Virus record (IMG/VR): IMGVR_UViG_3300044657_000181
Span: 1-36,934 of that record
DNA: 36,934 nt
Origin: a virus
Lineage: Duplodnaviria > Caudoviricetes
Direction: 5' to 3' (one strand)
Shown here piece by piece: positions 16,599 to 26,663 of this stretch. Each line of letters starts with the position of its first letter. Positions within the stretch are counted from its first letter, which is position 1. The notes beneath the pieces are model-generated. The model worked only from the letters and a program-made list of their open reading frames with translations. It did no database searches and was not told the origin of the DNA. The position numbers and the translations under genes are program-made.

Positions 16599-18940
16599 TA
16601 TTTCATCCTCTGCTTAGATTGGAAGTACTGGCCTTCCCAACTTACGTCAGAAATAGTACACCCTAAGTAGTTATCTACGAAGAATACAGCTCTTGCTAAT
16701 GCAGCATCCTCTGCAAATGAAAACTTCCAGTCACCTGTATAAGCCTTTATAGAACCTAACGCGAACTGTCCCATGAACCTACTCTCAAAAGTTAACGTTG
16801 TATCGTTACCATATGTAGAAAGTTTAGTCATAGATAGTTCATGTGTGTCTACTAAAGACAGTACCCATCGCCCTACTCTAATCTTATCAGTAGTTATAGT
16901 TGAACCATCTTCATCGTATCTAAAGGGCCTTGTCGGCTCATACTCTGAACGGAATTCTCTACCTATATATACTCTACCAGCACCAATATCTTCTTTAAAA
17001 GTTACTGTGTTACCGTCTAGTGTATATAGTGCTTTCCATAATTCATTCTTCGTCCCTTCACCACGAACTACAATACAATTAGTCATATCGTACTCCGCTG
17101 GAACCTCTACTGTCAATCCATCTGTAGGTAAGTCTAATAGGTCATCTAAGTATACATCTAGTGGACTAGTTGTTACTCTCGTGTACATAGGTATAGTCTT
17201 TATAATAAGATTATTACCTTTTGCTACTAAGACTACTAATTCGTTACGACGAAACTTGAGGTCTACTACACGTTCGTTATCTGCAAAGTTCCATTCACTC
17301 CAAGATTGCTGAGACCGCTTACCAGATGATTCAGTATACTGCTCGTATATGAACACCGTGTTATCAGGACTCTCAGATGTTGTCATAGCTATCATCTCTA
17401 AATTAGGTGATGATACTAATATCTCTGCATTACCCTTTAAGTAACCAATTATATGATTAGTTACAGGCGCTGCAAAGTCTTGGTTAGTGTCTTTTTCTCC
17501 AGTGTATTCTTGGATACCTGTACTATCCCCATAGTCAATAGGGAAATATACTGAGTTACCAATAGATGCTGGCGGTACAGATACTTGACATTCATACTTT
17601 GTTGTCAGAGGCATACTTACTGTTTCTGGTGTAATAGCTACTGAACCTGATATCTTAAACTGAGAGTTTCTAGTAATACATAATAGGTCCTTGTTGTGAG
17701 GCACTAAATGTAGAATCTTATCTGCTCCTAGCTCTGATGTAGTTACACCAATAGGGTCTGTTACTAATAAGTTTACAGCAGATTGTCTAAACCAGTTTAA
17801 CAAATCATCTGTCTCTGTCATGTACGCAGCGTTCTCTGATACAGCTACTAACCTCTTCTGAAAGTAGCCCATAGTTTGTATGGTTTTACCCAAGAACTCA
17901 GGGAACGGTGTAGAATTTGAGTCACCTGATTGACGTGACCTGAAATTTATTTGATTCAATGTAAACGTACCATCATAAGTTATCTTATGTGGCATTGTGG
18001 CGTTATTAAACGAATGTGTTTCAGTCGGACTTCTATCCTCTGACCACACGACTTCTTCTAGGAATTCTCCTGATGGAACATCTGCTATACGCTCTGCTTG
18101 TAAGTAGTACGTACCCTTATCTGTTGTAGGGTCAGGTCTCACAGTTATACGTGTCCCAACTACTGCATACAGAGGTAAACCTACTGTACTCTCAATTACT
18201 TTGTTGATAGCGACTGTAGATCTCTCACCTTGTCCAGATTCAACTTCAACTTGAATCCAGTTAGCTTTCCCTGCTTCCCATATACCTACAGTAGAACCTA
18301 GGTTCTCTGCATCTATACCCACTACCTGAGCTTCAATCGCCAACATTAATTGATAGGCTACTTCTTTAGTAGCTCTAGCTTTATCAGCTGTATCATAGTC
18401 TGGTTCAGTTGTACCTAAGTCTGGTACTGTATAAGAAACAGGATGTCTAGTTCCGTCTGTCTTAGTTATAATAACAGTCACAGTTTCACCATAGTTTAAA
18501 GCAGATGTTACATTAACATGTGTTACTTTCTCTATAGTGCTTTCGTCTGTATCAGGAAGTTCTTCTACTACAATGTCTCTATTCAGTACATAAGTGTCGT
18601 GCTCTATACTAAAGAATCCTAGGTTGTCACCGTTATAACTAGCTAAGTCTACAGTGTTAACGAATACATCATCTACGTAACAATATATAATACCCGCAGC
18701 TTTATCAGCCACAAAGCTATATTCCTTACCACCTCGTTCATACGAATGGTATTGTACATTAGTTGTATCAGTTACATTCTGTAAAGCTGTTTTATAAATA
18801 CTAGATGGTCGTCTAGTTAGCTTATTAACAGGGTCAGACCTAAAGTTCTTTTGTACACTAGCATACCCTTTAGGACGAGTCCTAGGGGCTAATGTACTTA
18901 TACCATGTGTAGGACTTGGGTAAGATGCTTCTATTCTCAT
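16598..18940 (-). CDS. Tail tubular protein B / nozzle (T7 gp12-like)
   Basis: 780 aa; N-terminal HGISTLAPRTR...LTRRP, then GDSNSTPFPEFLGK, YFQKRL and QQSWSEWNF; synteny. Confidence 0.92.
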   Translation of the reverse strand: MRIEASYPSPTHGISTLAPRTRPKGYASVQKNFRSDPVNKLTRRPSSIYKTALQNVTDTTNVQYHSYERGGKEYSFVADKAAGIIYCYVDDVFVNTVDLASYNGDNLGFFSIEHDTYVLNRDIVVEELPDTDESTIEKVTHVNVTSALNYGETVTVIITKTDGTRHPVSYTVPDLGTTEPDYDTADKARATKEVAYQLMLAIEAQVVGIDAENLGSTVGIWEAGKANWIQVEVESGQGERSTVAINKVIESTVGLPLYAVVGTRITVRPDPTTDKGTYYLQAERIADVPSGEFLEEVVWSEDRSPTETHSFNNATMPHKITYDGTFTLNQINFRSRQSGDSNSTPFPEFLGKTIQTMGYFQKRLVAVSENAAYMTETDDLLNWFRQSAVNLLVTDPIGVTTSELGADKILHLVPHNKDLLCITRNSQFKISGSVAITPETVSMPLTTKYECQVSVPPASIGNSVYFPIDYGDSTGIQEYTGEKDTNQDFAAPVTNHIIGYLKGNAEILVSSPNLEMIAMTTSESPDNTVFIYEQYTESSGKRSQQSWSEWNFADNERVVDLKFRRNELVVLVAKGNNLIIKTIPMYTRVTTSPLDVYLDDLLDLPTDGLTVEVPAEYDMTNCIVVRGEGTKNELWKALYTLDGNTVTFKEDIGAGRVYIGREFRSEYEPTRPFRYDEDGSTITTDKIRVGRWVLSLVDTHELSMTKLSTYGNDTTLTFESRFMGQFALGSIKAYTGDWKFSFAEDAALARAVFFVDNYLGCTISDVSWEGQYFQSKQRMK

Positions 18941-19536
18941 CGGTCAGGGTCTCCTGCGAATCGTAGGCTACCTCTACCATAAGGTTGAATACCACCTCTA
19001 GCTTGTACAACTCTATTCTTAGTGAATATATTGTACTGCCCTTCTTCTAAATCTTGTTTCTTTAAATCAAGATAAGACGCGGAAGCAGACTCTTTTAGAG
19101 ATGCCTCTTTCTGTGGGTCTTCTAACTCATCCCTTACATACTCTGCTGCACTAAAGTACGCACAGTACTCCTGCATTACGTCTGGCATATCATCCCATTC
19201 TAAGATTCTAGTCATCCGTGATACTATTACACTCTCAGTGAATATACCTGTTTGTGTTTGTTTGTTGTACACACGAGAACCTCGCTGTACTAGTGCCTTA
19301 TCTTCTAGCACTACAGAACTGTAAGTGTCAGGTAGTCTAATTTCCTTACGGCTATTAGGTTCTAACCTTACATTGTATTCTATATTAAACCACCATCCCC
19401 TCCGCTGCGCTCGTTTACTTATACGACTCATTGTCGCCTTCGCGTTCGCTGCATCTGGGTGGTCTGTATCTAATGAGTTCACAGGAGAACTACCTATGAG
19501 TCTCAAAAGCATGTTGAGTGTTTCTAATTCACCCAT
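18937..19536 (-). CDS. Tail tubular protein A / adaptor (T7 gp11-like)
   Basis: ELETLNMLLRLIGSSPVNSL...QRRGWWFN and WDDMP motifs; follows the capsid gene. Confidence 0.92.
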   Translation of the reverse strand: MGELETLNMLLRLIGSSPVNSLDTDHPDAANAKATMSRISKRAQRRGWWFNIEYNVRLEPNSRKEIRLPDTYSSVVLEDKALVQRGSRVYNKQTQTGIFTESVIVSRMTRILEWDDMPDVMQEYCAYFSAAEYVRDELEDPQKEASLKESASASYLDLKKQDLEEGQYNIFTKNRVVQARGGIQPYGRGSLRFAGDPDR

Positions 19537-19568
19537 AGATAGTACTCCTTTTGTAAGAACTATTCATA

Positions 19569-19592
19569 AAGCACACTATTTCTAATGTGCTT
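19569..19592 (-). terminator. Hairpin after the major capsid gene (T-phi-like position)
   Basis: AAGCACAUUA-GAAA-UAGUGUGCUU: 10-bp stem with a GNRA tetraloop and one G-U pair, ~20 nt after the capsid stop; short U run. Confidence 0.65.
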
Positions 19593-19613
19593 GAGTATAG
19601 TACTCAGTTACGA

Positions 19614-20687
19614 CTAAGCGTCGTACTTGAAGATACCCGCTGCCATTTCGGCACGGTTTGGTGTAACACCAAATGCTAAGTAAGAGTCAATGAACCATTG
19701 TAACTCGATGTCTGAGTAGTAGACTTTCGAAGTTAATGGAATTGTCTCACCAGCTAATAATGCTTTAGGTTGTAAGAACAACGCTACACATTCTGCGTCT
19801 GATGCTGCTACATCGTACGCGTTACCGTTACCAGCATTTGATAAGAAGTGAGTCTCACCTACATCATCAACTGTTGGGAATCGGTTAGTTACTTGAATAC
19901 GTACACCGTTAGCCATTAAGACTTTACCTTGTGCGTAGTCACCGTTACTAGCTGAGAAGTCTCTATCAAGTAACTTAGTGTTACGTAATAAAGTGTAGTA
20001 CTCCGCAGGGCGGACTAATACAACACCAGACATAATGTCTACGTCTTTCTCTTCAATCGCTTGACACATGTCTTGAATAGCACGTTCTAACTTATCAGAG
20101 TCAGCTTCGTCACCAGCGGCAGCGAGCATAACAGAGGTAGCACCTTGGAAACCTTCTGGAGCTGTACGGACTTTCTCTACGTACTTAGTAGTAGTCTTAC
20201 CTGTCCAACCACCAGACTTGTTACCTTCTGGGTCTTGGTTAGTAATTTGAGCCGCTTTGATACCTTGTACGATAAACGCTTCATCGAAGAATTTACCAAT
20301 GGTTTTACCATGCTCAACACCAACTTCTTTACGCACATCAATATGAGATAAGAAGTCATCAATTAAGAATTGATTGGTACGTGCTAATACAATTGTATCT
20401 ACTTTAACTGAAATGTTATCAAACGTAGGGCTTGAATCCGTAGGACGTACGCCTCGTGACACTTTCTGTAACGCTGTATGGCCGATTCGGTCATTAGTAA
20501 TGGTATCTGTACCACGAACTGTTTTGAAGTTGAAGAATTGACGCATGAAAGATTCTTTCACGATACGGTGTTCTACTTCACCACCATACTGTTCGATGTA
20601 TAATGGGTTTACTGCACCTGAATTGACACCACCTTGGTGACCGTCACGTACTTGGCCGTTTGAGACCTGTTGTCCAATAATTGACAT
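19614..20687 (-). CDS. Major capsid protein (T7 gp10-like, HK97 fold)
   Basis: 357 aa; PLYIEQYGGEVE, HGKTIGKFFD, VLVRPAEYYTLL, C-terminal IDSYLAFGVTPNRAEMA; strong AGGAG RBS; follows the scaffold. Confidence 0.95.
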   Translation of the reverse strand: MSIIGQQVSNGQVRDGHQGGVNSGAVNPLYIEQYGGEVEHRIVKESFMRQFFNFKTVRGTDTITNDRIGHTALQKVSRGVRPTDSSPTFDNISVKVDTIVLARTNQFLIDDFLSHIDVRKEVGVEHGKTIGKFFDEAFIVQGIKAAQITNQDPEGNKSGGWTGKTTTKYVEKVRTAPEGFQGATSVMLAAAGDEADSDKLERAIQDMCQAIEEKDVDIMSGVVLVRPAEYYTLLRNTKLLDRDFSASNGDYAQGKVLMANGVRIQVTNRFPTVDDVGETHFLSNAGNGNAYDVAASDAECVALFLQPKALLAGETIPLTSKVYYSDIELQWFIDSYLAFGVTPNRAEMAAGIFKYDA

Positions 20688-20714
20688 TTATTATTTCTCC
20701 TAGGAAGTTATGTC

Positions 20715-21533
20715 TTATAAACCACGTTGAATAGACTTAGCTCGACGATTGTCTAACTTAGCAATTTCTGCTGATTGTCCGTATACATGGCCTTTATTTA
20801 GTAATTCATTTAATTCACGATTATAATCTGATTTACTGATTGTCCCACCTGTTGAGGACGGGGCTGTGTTGTCTGCTTCTAATAAGTCTGCTTCTTGAAA
20901 CTCTTGAGTTCCTTGAGACTCCTTAAACGCAGATACTAATTCTTGCACAGCTAATTTAGCCACAAGACCACCTTGAGCTAACAATTTATTAATGTCCGCT
21001 CGGTGTTCGTTTGAGACGTTTTCTTTAGACCATGCTGCTAATTCTTTCCATGTTTCTTCACCTGATTGGTCAGTAACATCTTGGAAAGCTTCTTGAACTT
21101 GGTCGTAAACTTCTTTGTCTCGTTTACTAGCTGCTTCAGAGTGTTCTTTATGAATACCCTTAATTTGGTCCACAATAAGCTCTGCAATAGCATCACCATG
21201 CTTTTCTTTTAACGCAACCATAGTATCTAAATCTACTTCACCGTTATTGGCTTTAGCATACTCAGCTACTTCTTTCATATCTAATCCAGATTGCTCAACT
21301 AATGCGGTTACTTTACCTACTCTAGTTTTGTCTTCTTTCTTAGGAAGTTTATCTTTTTCCGATTCTTTAGTAGACTCTTCTTTAACTGGGTTCTCTTCCG
21401 CGTCATTATCTACTACCGGTGTTACATCAACTTCAATTGGTGTAGGTGCTTCCGCTACAGGCTCACCACCACCACTCTGGTCACCACCACTCTCAGGTGA
21501 TAAGTATGGGTTTCTTAAATGAAATAAGATCAT
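20715..21533 (-). CDS. Capsid scaffolding protein (T7 gp9-like)
   Basis: 272 aa, acidic, between portal and capsid; GEETWKELAAWSKEN motif; basic C-terminal RRAKSIQRGL. Confidence 0.85.
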   Translation of the reverse strand: MILFHLRNPYLSPESGGDQSGGGEPVAEAPTPIEVDVTPVVDNDAEENPVKEESTKESEKDKLPKKEDKTRVGKVTALVEQSGLDMKEVAEYAKANNGEVDLDTMVALKEKHGDAIAELIVDQIKGIHKEHSEAASKRDKEVYDQVQEAFQDVTDQSGEETWKELAAWSKENVSNEHRADINKLLAQGGLVAKLAVQELVSAFKESQGTQEFQEADLLEADNTAPSSTGGTISKSDYNRELNELLNKGHVYGQSAEIAKLDNRRAKSIQRGL

Positions 21534-23080
21534 TTAACTGCTCCGTTTTGTTGTTCTGCTTGTGCTACTGCACCTGCTTCCATTCCTGCCATTTGCGCTT
21601 GCTGCGCCATAGCTCGTTTCTTCTCAGCTTCTACTTGGTCTTCGTCTTTCAAGAACTTCTTATAGTCCACTCCATGACCTGCACCTAATGTCGCTATAAT
21701 ATCACCAAAGTTCATCCATGCTTTAACTTCATCAGGAACATCTGCTAATATAATCATGTCCTGCATGAAAGCTCGGAAGTTATCCAATTCACTATTACGT
21801 GATAACGACTCTAGTCCTGTAACTATAACAGGCTCTACATCTTTGAATATCGGGTCTAGTTCTTTAAGTAGTCTCTTAGCAAGAGGTAATTGTAACTCTG
21901 TTGCTAAACGTGAGTATACTCCACCTAAAGAGCTTTCTAGCTCCTGCGCCTGCATACGAATTTCTTGAGCTGTTACTCGTTCTGCATCACGAGTTACTGC
22001 TGAGTTAAGTAGGAACGCTGCTCCTAATCGTCTAGCTGTTACATCAAATTGGTGATTTAGGAAGTCTGATACGTTACTCACTTGTGGTTGGTGTACGAAG
22101 ATGTCCTCTTCTCTACCATGCACGTACGCTCCTGAAGGTGCTTCTGTTATCTCTCTAACGTCAGTCATCCCTGCGGGATTTACTAAGTTCTTTACGTCAG
22201 TCATTACCAAAGAGTAATCATTAATAGCTTGAGCTAAGTTTGATAACTTATGGAAATCGCCTGCGTATAACTCGACTAGTCCTGTACCGTAGTCTTTACC
22301 TCTAGCTAAATTCCAAGTTAATGGAATCCAAGGTAATGTATCTTTATCATATACACCTATTGACTTATGCACATACATTAAATCTTCTAGCTCTTGATGA
22401 ACTATAAATCTATTGTCACTCACTTTAGTTATGCCAGTGTATATAGAAACGTCATCCTCTAACATGTAGCCAGAGTCTAAACATAGTGTTTGTAATTCGT
22501 CTGATAATCCCGAAACTGATTTAGTCTCTTTAATGATCATCTTAATTACTCGACCACGTAAATCTCTTTTAATACAATAGTCTCTAACTGAATAGGCACA
22601 CATCTTCTGCTTATCACCTGAGGGTGAATACAAAAGGCTGTTACCTGTAATTATTAACTGTTGCATTACATCGTGCATAATGATGCGGGCGTTAGTAGCG
22701 TTTAGGTTATGTAAGGCTGCTCGCTCTGCTTCCGCTAAGGCTGCATCTATCTCTGCTTCACTAACGCCTGTAGCTAGTACTTCTCTCTTCTGTTCCTGTG
22801 ATAGGTTCATTCGAAAGAATGGCCTAGACGGTTGGAACAATGCCATCATTATTTTATTTGATAAGTTTGTAACGGCCTGCGCACCTACTGACTGAAAGTC
22901 TAGTTGCATCTCGTCGTATTCCATCAACGTATCGTCGGGGAATACAGTAGGGATTGTCCATCCTGCATAACGTTCGCAGCGAGATAGTGTATCTTCTCTC
23001 GCCGCATCGTTATTAAGGAATTCTTGACGCAGTTCGAACTTACCTGAAAGATATTTCTTTGTGAGTTCTTTTACGTTCAT
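21530..23080 (-). CDS. Portal (head-tail connector, T7 gp8-like)
   Basis: 516 aa; FQSVGAQAVTNLSNK, PWIPLTW...DYGTGLVE, RDAERVTAQEIR and LGGVYSRL motifs. Confidence 0.96.
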   Translation of the reverse strand: MNVKELTKKYLSGKFELRQEFLNNDAAREDTLSRCERYAGWTIPTVFPDDTLMEYDEMQLDFQSVGAQAVTNLSNKIMMALFQPSRPFFRMNLSQEQKREVLATGVSEAEIDAALAEAERAALHNLNATNARIIMHDVMQQLIITGNSLLYSPSGDKQKMCAYSVRDYCIKRDLRGRVIKMIIKETKSVSGLSDELQTLCLDSGYMLEDDVSIYTGITKVSDNRFIVHQELEDLMYVHKSIGVYDKDTLPWIPLTWNLARGKDYGTGLVELYAGDFHKLSNLAQAINDYSLVMTDVKNLVNPAGMTDVREITEAPSGAYVHGREEDIFVHQPQVSNVSDFLNHQFDVTARRLGAAFLLNSAVTRDAERVTAQEIRMQAQELESSLGGVYSRLATELQLPLAKRLLKELDPIFKDVEPVIVTGLESLSRNSELDNFRAFMQDMIILADVPDEVKAWMNFGDIIATLGAGHGVDYKKFLKDEDQVEAEKKRAMAQQAQMAGMEAGAVAQAEQQNGAVK

Positions 23081-23081
23081 A

Positions 23082-23333
23082 CTAAATCCTCACGTTACCT
23101 GAGCTTACCTCTAGGTCCTCGTCTAGTTCGTCGTCAACTTCAAGACTAATCTTTCCTAAGCTGCCTACTCCCTCACCTTCAGTCTCAGCAAATACTTCAG
23201 ACTTTCTAGCCTGTTTCTCCGCTTCTAGGGCGTCTTTCTCTGCTTGTTTCTTCGCTTTCTTCTGTTCTTTTCGGGCTTGCACTTGTGTAACAGTTGTTGT
23301 TGCTACAATAGCCCCTGCTATCCAAAAACTCAT
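23082..23333 (-). CDS. Small virion protein (T7 gp6.7/7.3-like position)
   Basis: 83 aa; hydrophobic N-terminus MSFWIAGAIVATTTV followed by a charged helix; immediately upstream of the portal. Confidence 0.65.
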   Translation of the reverse strand: MSFWIAGAIVATTTVTQVQARKEQKKAKKQAEKDALEAEKQARKSEVFAETEGEGVGSLGKISLEVDDELDEDLEVSSGNVRI

Positions 23334-23821
23334 TTTATCTCCTGATGTCTTAGTTGCTTGGAATAACTGATGAACTCGTCGTAGTTATCAAACGTCAAGT
23401 CATCTACCAGTTCATCAGGGTCCTGTACTTCGGTTACATGTGCTGTGTTCCAGACTGTTTCTTCTGGTGCAAATACCAACCGCTGAGTTCCAGCACCGCT
23501 AATAAAAGTATGTGGTGCTGTATACTCGTTCCTGCCATTAGAGTCTATTACGATAACTCTACCTTTTGATATTATATTAACCAAAGACCGTTTATGGACT
23601 CTACTTAATACGAATGAACCAGCTGGTAGTAATAACTCTCTAACGTATAAACCATCTACTAAATGATTAGTTACGTTATCTACTAACATCATCTTAGCTA
23701 GTTTACCGTCATCGTTAAACTGTTCTAAGAATTCTCTAATGGGTTGTACAGCTTTGTCAAACTCCTGCGGGTGTAAACCTGCAAGAGATGAAGTAATTTT
23801 TTGAAGGTTGATTTCCTTCAT
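23330..23821 (-). CDS. Cupin-fold protein
   Basis: GLYVRELLLPAGSFVLSRVHK...NIISKGRVIV...APHTFISGAGTQRLVFAPEETVWNTAH is a double-stranded beta-helix pattern. Start is uncertain: ATG at 23821, or 23854 in the track. Confidence 0.7.
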   Translation of the reverse strand: MKEINLQKITSSLAGLHPQEFDKAVQPIREFLEQFNDDGKLAKMMLVDNVTNHLVDGLYVRELLLPAGSFVLSRVHKRSLVNIISKGRVIVIDSNGRNEYTAPHTFISGAGTQRLVFAPEETVWNTAHVTEVQDPDELVDDLTFDNYDEFISYSKQLRHQEIK

Positions 23822-23829
23822 GTGCCGTA
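23813..23829 (-). promoter_or_regulatory. Putative phage RNA polymerase promoter, copy 1 (TACGGCACATGAAGGAA)
   Basis: Begins 2 nt after the RNAP stop codon, at the head of the structural module; exact match to 3836-3852. Confidence 0.65.
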
Positions 23830-23831
23830 CA

Positions 23832-26222
23832 TTATCCAAAGAAGTAGTCCGCATTTGTTATTTCCTCTATGTTGTAATGGCCACGAGGTAACCCTATAGT
23901 AGTTACATTAAGTTGTTTCGCCCAATGACGTAAGGGGTCTGTGTTCTTATACATGTATCGGAAAGCCTTTCTAATTGCTGTGAACAATTGTTGAGTATTT
24001 CCCGCATGTGTACCGAAGTCATCATGAATCATAGCATAAGAATGTAAATCAACCGCGTTAATAGTAATCACCATATGAGTGCTATCAATCGAATGTACGA
24101 AGTTAGGTGCTACCCCACTTCTCTGCCCTGCTTTGTATGGTATACCTTTATCTAAATCGGGTACATATAACCGTACGCTTCCTTCGATAAATGTTCTTAT
24201 CTGTACATTATTATCTGCACGATAGTGTTGATATACAGGGAACCCTAGCACTGTCACCCATGAGCAGAACTCATTACCAACATGTTTCTGTAGCCAATCC
24301 ATAGCGGCTCTAGCAGCTATAACTACCTCGCCAATAGACTCCCATAAAATAGGTGTTAAGTACTTCGTCATTTCCCACTGATACTTTTCGTCCATATTAA
24401 ACTTAGGCCAGTTATCGTAGACGTATTCAACTATATACGTTCTGGCTGACTGTTGAGTTGCTCCGTAGGGTAATGTCATAACAGGCCGTTTAGTACACTT
24501 TCTATCTACACCTACTTGTAACCAAATCTTTGCGTAGGCGTCACCACCATGCGCTAAAGCTTTTAGTTTATTCATAGTTACCTTAGCTACTTCCCCGTAT
24601 ATGTCTTCGGGTTTGTCACAAGGTAGTAAGTTTGTCGCCTTAGCTCCCACATCATCTCTAAGCATAGCTGAGAAGTGCTGTAGTCCATTACAACTACCAT
24701 CTAAACCTACTGGTAAGTAACCTATTGCGTTAGGGTTTCTTCCGTAGTCAGCTCTGGCCCATTCGAAACAAAAAGCTAGAAACTGGTAAGGTTTATCAGC
24801 ATCTCCCCAAAAGTTGTTACTGATAGGGTCAGCTACTATCGCTCTTATAAGGTCTTCGTTGTCTTGTACCCATTTTACCCTGTCGTCGTAAGACACCTTA
24901 TCTTCACCAAAGGTGTTAGCTCCTTGAATAGCCAACCACTTTATACCATCTCTCCCAAGTCGAACACCCTTAGCAAATTGTAACAATCCCTTAGATGCGT
25001 CCGAACCTTGTGGCGATAGTCCTGTAGTAGCACAGTATATACGTCCTCGGAAATCACAGTTGTACACGAAGTACAGTTCTTCCCAATCTCGTAATTCTTG
25101 TGCTAACAGATGTCCTTGTCGGAATCCTAATACTTGACCTTTACGTTGACGTTCTTGGTCGTACTGGCGTTTACGTAAAATCTTCCAAGCTGTTACTTCT
25201 TCCTTCTGTTCATATGTATATTCATACTTATCTACGTCAAGTAAATGTTCGGGGAACGGGGTTATTGCACACGACTCTCTACTAGGTACACCAATCTTTA
25301 GGTCTAATTGAAAGACCTTTTCTTGTACTTTGAGAACGTCGTCATTTATCTTCCAAGCTGTGCGCTGCATCTTATTGACTGCTCTTTTGTGCTGCATTGG
25401 ATTATGCTTAGCTACAAATTCTCTCGCATCTTTGCCTGATGTTTTAATAAACGGAATGTACATACGTGGTGTGTAATAGCCACCTAAGTCGTTGTCTGCC
25501 CATGGTACTGGCGGGCACTTCAATGGGAGTCTCATTGGAAGCAACAACCCTCGTTCCTTCTCGAACTCTGCTACCCACTCGTCGAATGCTACGGTTGTGT
25601 CGATGAAGTAATCCGTTTTACCTCGTGACATCAACTTTTGAGTGAATATCAGATCGTCCATGCACTTAAGCATGTTTCGTAGTACACGTACTCCTGTGTG
25701 TACTTTCATCTGTGTAGTCCAGTCTGCCCAACTAAGTCCGAAATCCTTGAACTTCTTCATAAGAGCTTTCTGCATGTGTACAGATGACGTCACACCTTGG
25801 TCGTCGAACGACTTCTTAACGGTGTGGAAATAAGCGGGTTCTTCCGCTTGGAACATAGCACATTTTAACTCTGCCTCTAAGGCACTACCTAATCGTGCTA
25901 CGAACTTAGATACTTTAACCTTTTTACCTTCGCTAACTTTAGCTAATAGAAGTTTTAGACCCATGTAGGCAACTTTTAGGTAATCCTCATCATCACCTGC
26001 AACCTGTTTCACCAGTTTGTTATAGGATGCTCCAAGTCCTCGACCTCCTTTACTACAGTCTTCCTTTATCGCATTACTGATAAGTTCTAATCTATCTTTA
26101 AGAATAAAGCTAGTCGCGTCAGTTAGGTTGTTACCTTTCTCTCGCGTTTTATCTTGTGTGTCAAAGTAACGCTGTTGTCCGCGCTCTACACACTCTTGTT
26201 CCCATAAAAGTTGCTCTTTCAT
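23832..26222 (-). CDS. Single-subunit DNA-dependent RNA polymerase (T7/phiKMV type)
   Basis: DFRGRIY, motif A LDGSCNGLQH, motif B RKCTKRPVMTLPYG, APNFVHSIDS, motif C IHDDFGTH. Confidence 0.98.
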   Translation of the reverse strand: MKEQLLWEQECVERGQQRYFDTQDKTREKGNNLTDATSFILKDRLELISNAIKEDCSKGGRGLGASYNKLVKQVAGDDEDYLKVAYMGLKLLLAKVSEGKKVKVSKFVARLGSALEAELKCAMFQAEEPAYFHTVKKSFDDQGVTSSVHMQKALMKKFKDFGLSWADWTTQMKVHTGVRVLRNMLKCMDDLIFTQKLMSRGKTDYFIDTTVAFDEWVAEFEKERGLLLPMRLPLKCPPVPWADNDLGGYYTPRMYIPFIKTSGKDAREFVAKHNPMQHKRAVNKMQRTAWKINDDVLKVQEKVFQLDLKIGVPSRESCAITPFPEHLLDVDKYEYTYEQKEEVTAWKILRKRQYDQERQRKGQVLGFRQGHLLAQELRDWEELYFVYNCDFRGRIYCATTGLSPQGSDASKGLLQFAKGVRLGRDGIKWLAIQGANTFGEDKVSYDDRVKWVQDNEDLIRAIVADPISNNFWGDADKPYQFLAFCFEWARADYGRNPNAIGYLPVGLDGSCNGLQHFSAMLRDDVGAKATNLLPCDKPEDIYGEVAKVTMNKLKALAHGGDAYAKIWLQVGVDRKCTKRPVMTLPYGATQQSARTYIVEYVYDNWPKFNMDEKYQWEMTKYLTPILWESIGEVVIAARAAMDWLQKHVGNEFCSWVTVLGFPVYQHYRADNNVQIRTFIEGSVRLYVPDLDKGIPYKAGQRSGVAPNFVHSIDSTHMVITINAVDLHSYAMIHDDFGTHAGNTQQLFTAIRKAFRYMYKNTDPLRHWAKQLNVTTIGLPRGHYNIEEITNADYFFG

Positions 26223-26663
26223 TTAAACCTTCTTTCTTGCTCTGGCAGCTCTAGCTTTAGCGTTTCTTTTTAGACGCTTAGCTTCTTCTGTCATGTGAGT
26301 AGGATGTATGTAATTATATTGTGGTTTCTTGTGTTTCTCGAGATACTTACCAAGTCCTATGACATAGTCTATACTCTTAACACCTTTGTGACCTAAGTTG
26401 GCTTTGCTCTTTATACGTCCTTCTGCACCGTTACATGAATTATGTAATGCTCCACGTATGAAGCCAGTGTCATGGCAATGGTCAAGTACAGCTCTATCTC
26501 TAGGGCTGAATGGTTGACCACAGATAGCACATTTACCACCTTGTTTCTTCACCAACTGGTCACATACTGACTTAACCTCAGATGCTCTTAGTTGTCTAGC
26601 CAAGTTCATGCTCCTCTTTGTCAAATCTAATTGCTTTGAATCGTGGCTCGCGATACTTACCAT
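26223..26663 (-). CDS. Endonuclease VII-like Holliday junction resolvase
   Basis: QGGKCAICG...LDHCHDTGFIRGALHNSCNGAEG. True start may be TTG at 26603 or ATG at 26609, given GAGGAG at 26611-26616. Confidence 0.9.
   Translation of the reverse strand: MVSIASHDSKQLDLTKRSMNLARQLRASEVKSVCDQLVKKQGGKCAICGQPFSPRDRAVLDHCHDTGFIRGALHNSCNGAEGRIKSKANLGHKGVKSIDYVIGLGKYLEKHKKPQYNYIHPTHMTEEAKRLKRNAKARAARARKKV

Noticed and set aside
19593-19640. T7 gp10B-style capsid extension by frameshift or readthrough
   Set aside because: TAG is followed two codons later by TAA, there is no obvious slippery site, and only 77 nt separate it from the next gene.
20767-20783. Third promoter copy upstream of the capsid gene
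   Set aside because: Only about 9 of 17 positions match and it lies in coding sequence.
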